Shown one piece after another: positions 31,753 to 42,494 of a DNA stretch of 64,000 bases. A program made the position numbers and the translations under genes. The notes under the pieces are model-generated. The model saw only the letters and a program-made list of their open reading frames with translations, was not told where the DNA came from and did not search any database. Numbering within the stretch: the stretch's first letter is position 1; the number at the start of each line of letters is the position of its first letter. Source of the stretch: an uncultured virus (IMG/VR IMGVR_UViG_3300005470_000001) (taxonomy: Duplodnaviria > Heunggongvirae > Uroviricota > Caudoviricetes); the IMG/VR virus record IMGVR_UViG_3300005470_000001, one strand, 5' to 3'.

Positions 31753-34700
31753 TGAAAAATAAATGTATAAATATAAATCATGCTGATGTACAAGAATTAG
31801 CTAAACAATTAAATCTTAATCCTATAATTATAGCTGCTAGAATTGGTGATTGGCAAGATGCTAATAATACTAATAAATGGCCATCAATAGAAGATATAAC
31901 TGTTAGTAATATTGAAATAGATAAACCTAAAGAATTTGCTTCATCTATTTTTGAAAATAATCCACTAGAAGATATTCCTAATGAACCTGAAGTTGTAATT
32001 AATAATGAAGAAGATTTTATTGGAGAAGATAAATATTATCCAAAAGATTATATAGAATTTAGAAAAAATATTTTGAAATATTATCATAATAGACTCAATG
32101 TTTTAACTAAAAAAATAAAATTAACAAGTGATCCTATAGAAAAAGGTAAATTACAAATTGTTCATCAAAAATTAGCTGAAGAAATTTATGGTAATGGTGT
32201 TGATAAATTAAGTATGGAACAAGAGATTGATAATCTTACAAAAGTGAGAGAATCTATTGATTTAATAGATTATGTCAAAAAAGATCTTGATAAAATGCAA
32301 TCATTACTTGATACTACAATTATTGGTAATCTTAATTACGATAATTTGTTAGAAGCACTTGATATAAGTAGATTTTATATGAGAATTTTAGATCTTCAGA
32401 ATAATCCTTTGTTTACTCATGAACAACTAAATGATATTTTAAAAGATAATGCTGGAAGTACGTCTATTTCTTTGAAACAATTAGAAGGATGGGTAAGTGA
32501 AGCTAAAACAGCTAATATTAGAGCTAAATTAAGTCTTGATAAAAGTGTTATTAATATTATTAATGAATTAGATATTATTAAAAATTTAAAAGATTTTGAA
32601 GGATTTACTATAGAAAGTTTGACTGAAGCAATTGCAGATACTGATTTATTTAGTGCTTATACTTTAAGTCCAAATAGAGTTGATAAAAATAAAATTCCTG
32701 AAATAGTTATACATCTTTTAAGAAATAGTATTAATGAACATCTTGTATTACAACAACAACAAAATCTTGAATTAATGGCTCAAGTACCTGCTGTTGAAAA
32801 AACACTTATTGAATTAGGAGAATCATATGGTTTAGGTGGAGTAATTAAAGGTGCTTCTTATAAATTGTTTTATCAAAAAAATGAAACAGGTGGTTTTACA
32901 ACTCAATTAATACAACGATATTCTCATCATTATAATCAAGAATTAAATCATATTCAAAAACATTTTAATGGATTAATCAGAAAAGCATATAAAAATGATA
33001 AATCTAATAAATCTGATTTAATTAAAACTTATAAAGAAGGATTACTTGGTTGGTATAAAAATAATACTAATATTTTTGATTTTACAAAGGTAGCTGCGAT
33101 AAGAGATTTTATTAATTCAGATACAGAATTAAATAAACTTATTGTTATAGATAGTAAAGAAAATTTTACTGCTAAAGATTTTAATATAACAGATAAACAT
33201 TTTGATGAATTAGTTGCTCAACAAATTGAAATGTTAAAAGAATATAAAATTCAATATTATACTAAAATAGAAAGATATAAAGATGAAGAAGGAATAAATA
33301 TTTTTGATGATATATCTGACAAAAACAAATCTAATTTAGAAATGTGGAATTTTATAAATTCACCATTAATTGCAATTAACCATTTTAATAAAACAAGTAG
33401 TATTGGGTATTATGGTAATTTTACTTACAATCATCTAATACCTAAAAAATTAAATAGTAAAGGTGAAAATACTAATTATTATGATAAAGATTTTGATATT
33501 ATAGAAAAACATGATTCATTATATAATTTCAGAAATACTGCTGAAAAGATATTTAAATATATGAGTGATAGTTTACCTAAAAATGTATATGATAATTTTA
33601 TTGCTAACTCTTTACCAATGCATCATAAAAATTATGCTGAAACAATGGTTGATCTTGGTATATGGGGTGTGGGAAACAAATTAGTTTCTGATATAAAAGA
33701 AAGCATTAGTACATATGCAATTGGTGACCAACAAACATCTACTTTAAGTAAAAAAACTGGTTTAACAGATTATAGTGCAAATAATTCTTTTATTAATGCT
33801 AATAAAAATTTAATAAGGAGCAAGTTTAAAATCAAAGCAATGGAAATTGTTGATGATATTAAAAAAGAATTTTTTTCTTCATCTAATGAAGATAATTCTG
33901 AAATAAATAATTTTCTATCAATAACAACAATAGATGAAGATACTTCATTATCTGTGGAAGATATTACAGGTATTGTATTAGAAAAATTAGCATTTATGCT
34001 TAATGTAAAAGATGATATTAATGAAATAAAAAGAGTAATGTTTGTTAGCTCAGAAAGTTCAGATATACCAGTTGGCAGAATTATAAAAAACTATGTCATT
34101 AATGAAGTTGTTGAAATGAGTTCTTTTAATTTACCTAAAACATTAGGTTATTTTTCTAAATTAACAGCTGAATATAATGGTAGATCTGAAGTATTACCTA
34201 TGTTAAATCATTTAAAAGATTTACACAAAACTGTTAAAACGCTTGATGGTAAAGAAAGAACTAAAGCTGTAGAAGCTTTTGAAGATCAATTTAATAATAA
34301 AGTTCTTGGCTTATATAATACAAAAGAAAAAGGTAAAGTATTACAAACAAAAGTTTATTCAAAAGAGGATAAAAAAAGAATTGATGAGATTGAAACTCTT
34401 TTAAAATCTAATACTGTTTCTAAAGAAGATAAAAATTTTTTAAAAGAAGAATTGAAAAATATTGGTAGAAATATAAGTGCTAATCAGATTTTAAAAACAC
34501 TTATAGAATTAATTAGATTGAAAATATTAGGATTAAGTCCTAAAAGTGAAGCAAATAACTATATACAAGGTAAAATTGCAAATGAAATTTTAGCTGCATC
34601 AGGTAAATATTTTAAACATGAATCATATTATAGAGCAGAAGCATTATATCGAAATCCTAAAAATCATAAAAAATTTAAAATTCTTTTGAATAGATTAGAT

Positions 34701-36134
34701 GTTTTTCAAGATGCAACTAATGAATATCAAGAAATTGGTTTATCAACAGATTTTTCTCTTACTAAATTAGGTAAATATATAAAACCTTATGCATTAAGAA
34801 GAGTTGTTGAAGAAGCAATACAAACCCCATTAATGGGTGCTTTCTTAATTGACAATGAAATTGTTGGCAAAGATAGTATTACTACTTCTAATATTTGGGA
34901 TGCACTTGATGAAAATGGTATGTTAAAAGAAGAATTTAGAACTGATGAAAATATTAATAATTGGGAAAAAACTAAAGGAAAAGAATTTGACTTACTAAAA
35001 GGTAAAATTATATCTGCTTTAAAAGTACATGGTGATTATGGTGCATTAGGTAATCTTTTATATAGAAGAAGTAGTGGTGGTAGAGCATTTATGGTTTTTA
35101 AAAGCTGGTTACCTGAGACAATATATAAATATTGGGGTGAAGAGCATATGAATCTTGAAGGTGGTATTAAGCATGAAAAAGGTATTTTACGTTCTGCCAC
35201 ACCTATTACAGGAGCATTAATTGGTTTTAGTACTGGTGGAAGTATAGCTGCTTTACCAGGTGCTATAGGTGGAGCTATTGCAGGTGGTATAATGTCATTT
35301 GGTATACAAAGTTTAGATGCTAACAGTGAAATACAAAATTTAAAAGTTTTGCAAGAATTAGTTGTTCATGGTAAAGTATATCTACAAAAAATGATTGGTT
35401 TACCAGCAAACCTAATTTCTGGTAAAATGATTTTAAAACAAGATGCTATTGAACAATATCAAAATTTGGGTTTTACAGAAAACGATGCTCAAAATCTTAC
35501 TCAGATAATGCAAAAAATTGCTATTCAAAGTTATGCATTATTATTAATAATGGTTGTTAAAGGTTTACTGTGGGATCCTGATGATGAAAAAGATAGTGCT
35601 AGGAGAAGAATTTATAATCTTCTTTCAAATAGATTAATAGCTGTAATAAATGATTTATCTTTATATGCTAATCCCAAAGAATTTTATGAATTAGTAATGG
35701 AAGGTGCTGTAAAAAGAACATTAGATGATGTAGGTACATTAATTGGTGATATAGGTAAATTTATAAATGGTGATGATATTTATTTAAATGGTCCTTATAG
35801 AGGTCAACATAGAGTAGTTAGAAGTTTTAATAAAGTTGTGTTGCCTACTCCATTTAAAGATTTTACACATGGTGGATTTGGTATTTATGGTGAAACACAT
35901 AGAGAATATAATCCAAATCAAACTTTGGGTACACCAACTATAGAACGTTTTAAAATGCCTTCAGAAAATATACTTAGAAAAAGGAGAATGCAAAACCGAT
36001 CAATAGCTAGTCGAATAATAAGAGAACGTTATCCAGATATAACTCCAAAAGAATTAACTAAAATGTTGAATAAAATATTCCCTTCTAATACTTCTGGAGA
36101 TAAAGAATTAAAGAGACTAAAAAATGAAGAGTAA
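31752..36134 (+). CDS. Large virion (ejected) protein
   Basis: 1460 aa after the RNAP; VHGDY..GRAFMVFKSWLP motif of large phage virion proteins; hydrophobic Gly-rich segment. Confidence 0.6.
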   Translation: MKNKCININHADVQELAKQLNLNPIIIAARIGDWQDANNTNKWPSIEDITVSNIEIDKPKEFASSIFENNPLEDIPNEPEVVINNEEDFIGEDKYYPKDYIEFRKNILKYYHNRLNVLTKKIKLTSDPIEKGKLQIVHQKLAEEIYGNGVDKLSMEQEIDNLTKVRESIDLIDYVKKDLDKMQSLLDTTIIGNLNYDNLLEALDISRFYMRILDLQNNPLFTHEQLNDILKDNAGSTSISLKQLEGWVSEAKTANIRAKLSLDKSVINIINELDIIKNLKDFEGFTIESLTEAIADTDLFSAYTLSPNRVDKNKIPEIVIHLLRNSINEHLVLQQQQNLELMAQVPAVEKTLIELGESYGLGGVIKGASYKLFYQKNETGGFTTQLIQRYSHHYNQELNHIQKHFNGLIRKAYKNDKSNKSDLIKTYKEGLLGWYKNNTNIFDFTKVAAIRDFINSDTELNKLIVIDSKENFTAKDFNITDKHFDELVAQQIEMLKEYKIQYYTKIERYKDEEGINIFDDISDKNKSNLEMWNFINSPLIAINHFNKTSSIGYYGNFTYNHLIPKKLNSKGENTNYYDKDFDIIEKHDSLYNFRNTAEKIFKYMSDSLPKNVYDNFIANSLPMHHKNYAETMVDLGIWGVGNKLVSDIKESISTYAIGDQQTSTLSKKTGLTDYSANNSFINANKNLIRSKFKIKAMEIVDDIKKEFFSSSNEDNSEINNFLSITTIDEDTSLSVEDITGIVLEKLAFMLNVKDDINEIKRVMFVSSESSDIPVGRIIKNYVINEVVEMSSFNLPKTLGYFSKLTAEYNGRSEVLPMLNHLKDLHKTVKTLDGKERTKAVEAFEDQFNNKVLGLYNTKEKGKVLQTKVYSKEDKKRIDEIETLLKSNTVSKEDKNFLKEELKNIGRNISANQILKTLIELIRLKILGLSPKSEANNYIQGKIANEILAASGKYFKHESYYRAEALYRNPKNHKKFKILLNRLDVFQDATNEYQEIGLSTDFSLTKLGKYIKPYALRRVVEEAIQTPLMGAFLIDNEIVGKDSITTSNIWDALDENGMLKEEFRTDENINNWEKTKGKEFDLLKGKIISALKVHGDYGALGNLLYRRSSGGRAFMVFKSWLPETIYKYWGEEHMNLEGGIKHEKGILRSATPITGALIGFSTGGSIAALPGAIGGAIAGGIMSFGIQSLDANSEIQNLKVLQELVVHGKVYLQKMIGLPANLISGKMILKQDAIEQYQNLGFTENDAQNLTQIMQKIAIQSYALLLIMVVKGLLWDPDDEKDSARRRIYNLLSNRLIAVINDLSLYANPKEFYELVMEGAVKRTLDDVGTLIGDIGKFINGDDIYLNGPYRGQHRVVRSFNKVVLPTPFKDFTHGGFGIYGETHREYNPNQTLGTPTIERFKMPSENILRKRRMQNRSIASRIIRERYPDITPKELTKMLNKIFPSNTSGDKELKRLKNEE

Positions 36135-36178
36135 AAAAAAATAAAAAGAAAGGAGCCAATTAAGGCTCCTCTCTTTTT
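36133..36178. terminator. Probable bidirectional intrinsic terminator between the converging arms
   Basis: AGGAGCC-aattaa-GGCTCCT hairpin (36151-36170) with an A-rich run before and a T run after. Confidence 0.7.
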
Positions 36179-36357
36179 AAAGGAATTTCTGGTAACATAC
36201 CATTACTAGATGCTTCTTGAATTTCAAGTAAAATACTCTCAATATATTTTACTTGATTTTCATAACCAGGAACTCTTCTTGCTTTATCAAGATATCTTCT
36301 TAAAAAACTTGATACTAATATATCATTTCCTTTAAAAGTAATTTCTGGAATTTTCAT
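36160..36357 (-). CDS. Hypothetical protein
   Basis: Last ORF of the - strand operon, abutting the upstream gene. Confidence 0.55.
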   Translation of the reverse strand: MKIPEITFKGNDILVSSFLRRYLDKARRVPGYENQVKYIESILLEIQEASSNGMLPEIPLKREEP

Positions 36358-36358
36358 A

Positions 36359-37066
36359 TTAATATATTGAATAGATTACAGAAATCCCAGGTTGAAATCC
36401 ACCACCACTTAAAGGTGTCCAACTAATACTAGGACCAATTTTAATTTTATCAAAAATAGTTACTTTGGGAAGTGGAGAATAAGATTTTAATTCTTTAACT
36501 GTAGTATAAGGATTATTGTCTTTATATTCCGCAACCATTTTACTATCTTTGATATATTGCGTAATTGTAGGTTCATTTATTACTATAAGTTTAAAATGAG
36601 GATTTGGATATGTTTCACCTTTAAGTGAAGTCCATTTATCTTCAAATTGAAATTTAGTTTTAGAACTATCTACATTAAGAATATTATTTATAGAAGTATT
36701 AACAGTTGCTATTGTAGTATTACTATTTTTAATTTGTTTTAATTCATTCTGAAGACGTAGTAAAGCTTTATCTTTAGTTTGAATAGATAATACATCTTTA
36801 TAATTATCAGCTCTTAAAACATTAATTGAAGTAATTAATTCACCGTTTTTATTTTTTACAACAGTCAATGTATCTTGTAAAGCATTTACAAATTCTTGAG
36901 TATAAACAGGTTTTTCAAACGATTTTATAACTGATTGTACAAAATTAATTGTCAAATAAATACCAATTATTGTAATTATTGTTTGAAAATTTTTACCAAT
37001 AAAACTAAAAATTTTACTTATTAGTACTGCCAAACCCACCATGACCTCGTTCAGTCGTGTTTGCAT
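36359..37066 (-). CDS. Membrane-anchored coiled-coil protein (possibly spanin-like); start uncertain
   Basis: N-terminal hydrophobic segment, coiled coil, C-terminal beta-strand-like GISVIYSIY. Confidence 0.45.
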   Translation of the reverse strand: MQTRLNEVMVGLAVLISKIFSFIGKNFQTIITIIGIYLTINFVQSVIKSFEKPVYTQEFVNALQDTLTVVKNKNGELITSINVLRADNYKDVLSIQTKDKALLRLQNELKQIKNSNTTIATVNTSINNILNVDSSKTKFQFEDKWTSLKGETYPNPHFKLIVINEPTITQYIKDSKMVAEYKDNNPYTTVKELKSYSPLPKVTIFDKIKIGPSISWTPLSGGGFQPGISVIYSIY

Positions 37067-38448
37067 AAAATTGTTCCTCTAATGTTGTATTAAATGTTGC
37101 TCGTTCTACTTTAACAACAACACCTTGTGCTAATGCTTTATCAATTTGAATATAAGCATCTTCATTGTTAGAATTAAGTACTGAAATAGAACAATCTCCT
37201 TGATAGTTCATTTGTTATCGTAAAAGTTTTTTATCTTTTACTTCTATACTTTTATTTTTAAGTTATATGTATAGTTCGGCATATATCATCATTTATTATA
37301 TAAAATAATAAAGAAGGACGCTCGTGGTAATATTATTGGTAGAATATCCTCAATTACTATGCTCTGCACCTTCATTGATACTTATAAATTCATTCTCAAT
37401 GCTTGGCTCAGGATTATCTTCTTCAAGACTTTCCCTGAATTCATCCTTTTTAACGACTCCAACTATTCTCCCATTCTCTTTATTTTTAATAATTGAATTT
37501 TGTTTTGAATGTAATTTTTGATGTTGTGATTTTGTAAAAATAGTTAGATTTTCAATTCGATTATCTAATTTATTTTCATTAATATGATGTACGTGAAATT
37601 CTTTTTTTAAAACTTTATATCCATTTATTATTTCAAAATAACTACTATCATAATTAGAATATTGTTCTATAATATATCTATGTTCCCAAAAACGACCATT
37701 TTTATTAGAAAAAGGATGTTCAGGTAAATATATCAAATTATATCCATAATTAGTAATAATTTTTTTATCAATAAATGATGAATTTAAATGTCCTTTTAAA
37801 CCATATTGATGATTTTTTTCACCTAAACAATATGTTTTTCTAAAAATACGATTGCATTCTTTAGAACAAGTAATTCCATTTTTTAATCTTTTTAATCTAT
37901 AAGGTTTTAAATACATTTTCTTTTTACATACAACACATTCACAATTTGATTCTTTATTAAATTTTTGATATGTTTCATAACAATTATAACAACAAAACTT
38001 ACTTGAATTTAATAAAGATTTTTCTTCAAATTCTTTTCCACAATTTTTACATATAAACATAATACATTTGATTTAGAATTAAATAAGAATCAAATGTACC
38101 AAATTATTTAGAAATAAACAAATTTTATTTAGAGTCAATAGTACCCAATTGTACAATTATACCAGTTTTAAGTGTAACTCCACTTTTAGGTCTTATTTGT
38201 ATTTCATAACCATTTGGTATATTAAAATGTTGTTTAGTAGAAAACAATGCTCTTTCAGCTGAACATAATTTTACAGTGTTATCTATTAAATTATATCTCA
38301 ATTGAATTTCTTCATAAGATAATTCACGACTACCATTATATATTTTTAATATATCAAATGGATATAAATCAAAACCACTTGTACCTGTATCAAAAGCATA
38401 TTTTGGTGAAGAAACCTCAGTATTTAATCTTTCTATTGTTATAGTCAT
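37014..38448 (-). CDS. dut: dUTPase, two exons (38448-38131 and 37208-37014), 170 aa spliced
   Basis: Motifs SGFDL, QIRPKSG and RGHGGFGST; splicing restores motif 3 as GTIDS|NYQG in frame. Confidence 0.92.
37350..38060 (-). CDS. Intron-encoded HNH homing endonuclease with Zn-binding repeats
   Basis: CxxC repeats; EHR..HVHHINENKLDNRIENL..H..LH. Confidence 0.9.
   Translation of the reverse strand: MFICKNCGKEFEEKSLLNSSKFCCYNCYETYQKFNKESNCECVVCKKKMYLKPYRLKRLKNGITCSKECNRIFRKTYCLGEKNHQYGLKGHLNSSFIDKKIITNYGYNLIYLPEHPFSNKNGRFWEHRYIIEQYSNYDSSYFEIINGYKVLKKEFHVHHINENKLDNRIENLTIFTKSQHQKLHSKQNSIIKNKENGRIVGVVKKDEFRESLEEDNPEPSIENEFISINEGAEHSN
38091..38122 (-). promoter_or_regulatory. Bacteroidota-type sigma70 promoter for the intron HNH gene
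   Basis: TTTG-N20-TACATTTG matches the TTTG-N19-21-TAnnTTTG consensus. Confidence 0.6.
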
Positions 38449-38748
38449 TTATTTACATATTTGTTTATCTAAAAGTTTCCAACCATAATTAAATGCAAAG
38501 AAACCTGCTTTTTTTTCACACTGTGTTTTAGTAAATTTATGTGATACTTTATAAAGTGCTAATCTAGCTTCTTTGTTTGTATATAAATAATTAGCTAACC
38601 AATTAACAAAGTTTTTTTCTTGTTCAAGAGTCCAAGAATGTTTTAGATACCAATCTTCTTCTTTTATATTAATTGTATCATAATCAACATTGATTATTTC
38701 ACACATATGTTTTAATATAATATCTACTTCTTTATTATCTGTTGGCAT
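38449..38748 (-). CDS. Hypothetical protein
   Basis: ORF in operon. Confidence 0.6.
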   Translation of the reverse strand: MPTDNKEVDIILKHMCEIINVDYDTINIKEEDWYLKHSWTLEQEKNFVNWLANYLYTNKEARLALYKVSHKFTKTQCEKKAGFFAFNYGWKLLDKQICK

Positions 38749-38765
38749 TTTAAATTTATTTACAT

Positions 38766-41099
38766 TTATTCACAACGAGAATAACCACATGAATTACAAT
38801 GTGCACATCCATTTTCAAAAACCATTTGTTGACCACATTCAGGACATTCTATTTTTATATCTTTAGGTAAATATTTAGTTAAAACCCTTTTAATTGCTGA
38901 ACTAAAATCAACAACACTTATTCCAACTTTTCCAATAGCAGCAATAATATGTTTAATTGCTACTCCGTGTCTCAATAATTGAGAAGTTAAAATTGTAATT
39001 GCTCTTTCTAATTCACCAGAAATATGAAGATTTCTAATTTCAATATTATTAGATTTAAAAGTATAAGAACCTTTTGATATTTTTGTAATAGTACCAGTAC
39101 ATTCTTTTACTCTAAGTGGTTCTGGCATACAAAATATTTCATAAGGTTTCCCTTCAAGTAAACCAACAATAACTCCAAATTTATTACCTTTTACCGTAAT
39201 AGGATAGAAATGTGCTACAAGTTCTTTTGGTCTTTTAGGTGCATTAAGGTTATATCCAATATTACCATTTTCTTTATTTGCATTATTGTCTGTAACTAAA
39301 ATACCACTTCTACTACCATCTACATATACAGTTAAACCTTTAAGTTGTTTTATCCAAGCATATTTATAAATGTCAGATATAGTTTGTTTAGTTGTATTTT
39401 TAGGTAAATTTATAGTAGAACTTATGCTATGAGTTGTATATTTTTGTATAATAGCTTGAATGTCAACTCTAGTTTTCCAATCAATTTTATCCGCAGTACA
39501 GTTATACCAAGGAGAATCTTCAATTGTTTTATCTGGATTTAATTCTAACCAAGTTTTTACTGTAGGATGATATACAATATATTTTTTGAATTTATTACCA
39601 ACAATATCTTCAAAATCATAATCTTTATCATTTTCTACTTTAACATTTCTAGTATAAGATAATGCAAAAATCGGTTCAATTCCTGCTGATACTTGTGCTA
39701 TAATAGCTGTAGTACCTGTTGGAGCAACAGTATTCCAACTAATATTTCTTCGTAGCATTTCATCTACATTAGAATTATAATCTGAAAAAGGTTCTCTAGA
39801 AAATCCCATATTCATAGTTGAATCTGATTCAGCTTCATCTTTTAATTTAGCAATATTATCAATTATTTTAAGAGATTCCTCGCTACCATATTCATGACCA
39901 AGAGCAGCTATAGCATCAGCCCATCCAAGACTTCCACTACCTGTTCTTCTTCCACCTAAAGCTTTAGCTTTAATTCTTTGCCACATAATTAATTCTCTAT
40001 CATTGATAGTATTATAATTATCAGCAATATGTTTAATAATTCTATTTATGGCTTCAATTTCAAGATCAATTAAATCATCTGCTAATCTTTGCATTTTATA
40101 TGCATATTCATAGAATTCTTTATCATCAAAATATGCTTCTGATGTAAATGGATTGACTATAAATGCAAAAATATTAAGATGAATTAATCTACAACTATCA
40201 TATTCTGACATAAATATTTCACCACATGGATTAGTTGCTGTACCTCTATGTTTAGGATACATTGAATCAGGAGAATTATTCCAATGATGATCTAAAAATA
40301 AGATACCAGGTTCACCTGTTTTCCAAGCACATTCAACAAGTTTATCCCAATATTCACTTGATTTAATAGTTTTATAATAAGTATCACTACTTACTTCATC
40401 AACAGGATAACATAAATCATATTCATTAGTAGTATCAAGTGATTTCATAAAATCGTTTCTTATACCAACTGATATATTAGCACCAGTTAATTTAGTCAAA
40501 TCTTGTTTACTACTAATAAATTCAAGACTATCTGGATGTCTCATTTCCATTGTCAATATTAAGGCACCTCTTCTTCCTGATTGTGCAACTTCATTTGTAC
40601 TATTAGAATATCTATTAGCAAATGATACAGCACCTGTAGAGGTTTTAGCGGCATTGTTAACTTTAGTATTCTTGGGTCTAAGACTAGATAAAGATAAACC
40701 AGCACCACCTCTTCTTTTCATTACTTGTACTAACTGTTCATCTTTAGCCATAATACCAGAATAACTATCATGTGGTTCACCCATTACAAAACAATTTGAT
40801 AATGAACCGATATAGTTTTTATTACCAAGATTTGCAAATACAGAACCCGCTAAACATATCTTTTTGTTTTTAAAAGAATCAAGAATCCATTCTTTTGTTA
40901 TTGGAGTAATATCTTTACCATATATTAATTTAAAATCTTTTTCTTCTCTAATATATTTTTCTTCAATTCTCCAAAATTCATTAGCACATCTCAAATAAGA
41001 ATCATCAGGGAGACGTTCATCTCCCCATTTATACTTATTTATCCACACTTTAGCAGCCAATTCATCACCATTAAAATAATCAATTAGTTCTTTATTCAT
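38766..41099 (-). CDS. nrdJ: Class II (B12-dependent) ribonucleotide reductase
   Basis: LSNCFV, RRGA, TNPCGEI, VAPTGT, SISSTINLP and KGLTVY motifs; C-terminal Zn ribbon; no beta subunit nearby. Confidence 0.9.
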   Translation of the reverse strand: MNKELIDYFNGDELAAKVWINKYKWGDERLPDDSYLRCANEFWRIEEKYIREEKDFKLIYGKDITPITKEWILDSFKNKKICLAGSVFANLGNKNYIGSLSNCFVMGEPHDSYSGIMAKDEQLVQVMKRRGGAGLSLSSLRPKNTKVNNAAKTSTGAVSFANRYSNSTNEVAQSGRRGALILTMEMRHPDSLEFISSKQDLTKLTGANISVGIRNDFMKSLDTTNEYDLCYPVDEVSSDTYYKTIKSSEYWDKLVECAWKTGEPGILFLDHHWNNSPDSMYPKHRGTATNPCGEIFMSEYDSCRLIHLNIFAFIVNPFTSEAYFDDKEFYEYAYKMQRLADDLIDLEIEAINRIIKHIADNYNTINDRELIMWQRIKAKALGGRRTGSGSLGWADAIAALGHEYGSEESLKIIDNIAKLKDEAESDSTMNMGFSREPFSDYNSNVDEMLRRNISWNTVAPTGTTAIIAQVSAGIEPIFALSYTRNVKVENDKDYDFEDIVGNKFKKYIVYHPTVKTWLELNPDKTIEDSPWYNCTADKIDWKTRVDIQAIIQKYTTHSISSTINLPKNTTKQTISDIYKYAWIKQLKGLTVYVDGSRSGILVTDNNANKENGNIGYNLNAPKRPKELVAHFYPITVKGNKFGVIVGLLEGKPYEIFCMPEPLRVKECTGTITKISKGSYTFKSNNIEIRNLHISGELERAITILTSQLLRHGVAIKHIIAAIGKVGISVVDFSSAIKRVLTKYLPKDIKIECPECGQQMVFENGCAHCNSCGYSRCE

Positions 41100-41117
41100 G
41101 TTTAAATTTTAAATTGT

Positions 41118-41366
41118 TCAAATTTTTATATTATTATCTATTGTGTCAAGATTAAGAACAATATCTTTTATTTCATCAAATTCACAATCAAGACAATAAG
41201 GATGAATTTTTGTTGTATTTAATTCAGATTTAATCCACAATCCTTTATTCCAAGTACTTACTATATAACCTTCATCGAAAAAAATACCTTCAGATACATA
41301 AGGTTTTAATGGTTTTAAATCAAATTTTGTGTCAACAAAAGAACCTGTTATTTCTTTTAATTTCAT
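41118..41366 (-). CDS. Hypothetical protein
   Basis: ORF in operon. Confidence 0.55.
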   Translation of the reverse strand: MKLKEITGSFVDTKFDLKPLKPYVSEGIFFDEGYIVSTWNKGLWIKSELNTTKIHPYCLDCEFDEIKDIVLNLDTIDNNIKI

Positions 41367-41569
41367 GTTGTTTCTTTGTTTTCTTCATTAAAAGTTGATA
41401 GCTCAGTTATATTTTCTGGTTCACCTGATCTTTTAATATAATCATGGCCTCCATCTACACAAATACTACCACATTTGCAACAAACAAAATCATGTCTATA
41501 TTTTGATTCAATTATTTCACCACATAAATTACACTTTGCTTTATTTTCTTTAATAATTAAATCTTTCAT
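41363..41569 (-). CDS. Small Zn-finger-like phage protein
   Basis: CNLC..IES..HDF..CKCG..VDGG. Confidence 0.7.
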   Translation of the reverse strand: MKDLIIKENKAKCNLCGEIIESKYRHDFVCCKCGSICVDGGHDYIKRSGEPENITELSTFNEENKETT

Positions 41570-41570
41570 T

Positions 41571-42494
41571 TTATATTTTGATTAATTTTCTTTCAATAAA
41601 ATCGTCTCTAATATCTGACATTAAATTTACTATTTGAGGATGTGCATCTGTTGCACAACGTAAATCAAAAATATGTTTCCATTCTTGTAATGTGGCTTTA
41701 ATTAAAATTTCAGTAGCCAATGCATTAGGTAAAATAGCTCTTGCTTCTTGTTTTTGCCAATTATGAATATTTCTAAAATCTTTATAATTCTCTTCAATAA
41801 ATTTTAATGTTAATTCAAAAAGAGTTTTACCAAATTTACTCATCTTATTAAACCAAGGTGGTGAAATAAATTGAATATCGTTTTTGTTTTCAACATATCT
41901 GGTCGATCTTTGGGCAAATGAACAAAGTCTATGTCTCACTAATTCATGTGATATTCCTCTGTCTGTAATTATCTTAATAGTAACAGTTTTATGAATATTT
42001 TTTTCAATTTCAGTTAGATCTTTTTCATTTAATTTGATAAATAAAGTAATTCCGGTAACAAATTTACTTATTTTTTCATCATTAAAAATTAATTCTCCAT
42101 AATAATATTCAATATCTGATAACAAAGCATTACCAAAACCAGAAAAATCTATTGGAACTTTATTATATATTTCAATAGCAGTTCTTGGATTCATTGAAAT
42201 AACAAGTCTACCATCCATAGATATGTTTATAAATTTTAATTCATGAGCTAAGCCTAAACTTAACATTGAAAGAATAAAATCTTCATGATTAAATACTTCA
42301 AAAATAATATTTTCTCCAAATTCAATCATAGCATAATGTTTTCTTTCAACAAGATTTTTTACTAATTTTATAGCGGAATCATTATTCTCACTTATTTTAT
42401 CTTGTGAATTATAACATGTTCTTGCTGCAATTTCAATATCTTTAAGAACACCTTGAGATCTATAAATTTCGTAACTTTGTTCAATTAATTTCAT
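41571..42494 (-). CDS. thyX: Flavin-dependent thymidylate synthase
   Basis: AARTCY, SHELVRHR..SFAQRSTRY, QEARAILP and LRC..AHPQI motifs. Confidence 0.92.
   Translation of the reverse strand: MKLIEQSYEIYRSQGVLKDIEIAARTCYNSQDKISENNDSAIKLVKNLVERKHYAMIEFGENIIFEVFNHEDFILSMLSLGLAHELKFINISMDGRLVISMNPRTAIEIYNKVPIDFSGFGNALLSDIEYYYGELIFNDEKISKFVTGITLFIKLNEKDLTEIEKNIHKTVTIKIITDRGISHELVRHRLCSFAQRSTRYVENKNDIQFISPPWFNKMSKFGKTLFELTLKFIEENYKDFRNIHNWQKQEARAILPNALATEILIKATLQEWKHIFDLRCATDAHPQIVNLMSDIRDDFIERKLIKI

Larger units (their letters stand above)
37209..38130 (-). mobile_element. Group I intron in dUTPase (922 nt)
   Basis: 5' exon ends in U and intron ends in G; core AAUUCAGGGAAA, AAUCCUGAGC, P7 GCAUA/UAUGC; internal guide AUAGUU-GGAGUC (37455-37466) pairs with both exons. 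Confidence 0.92.
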
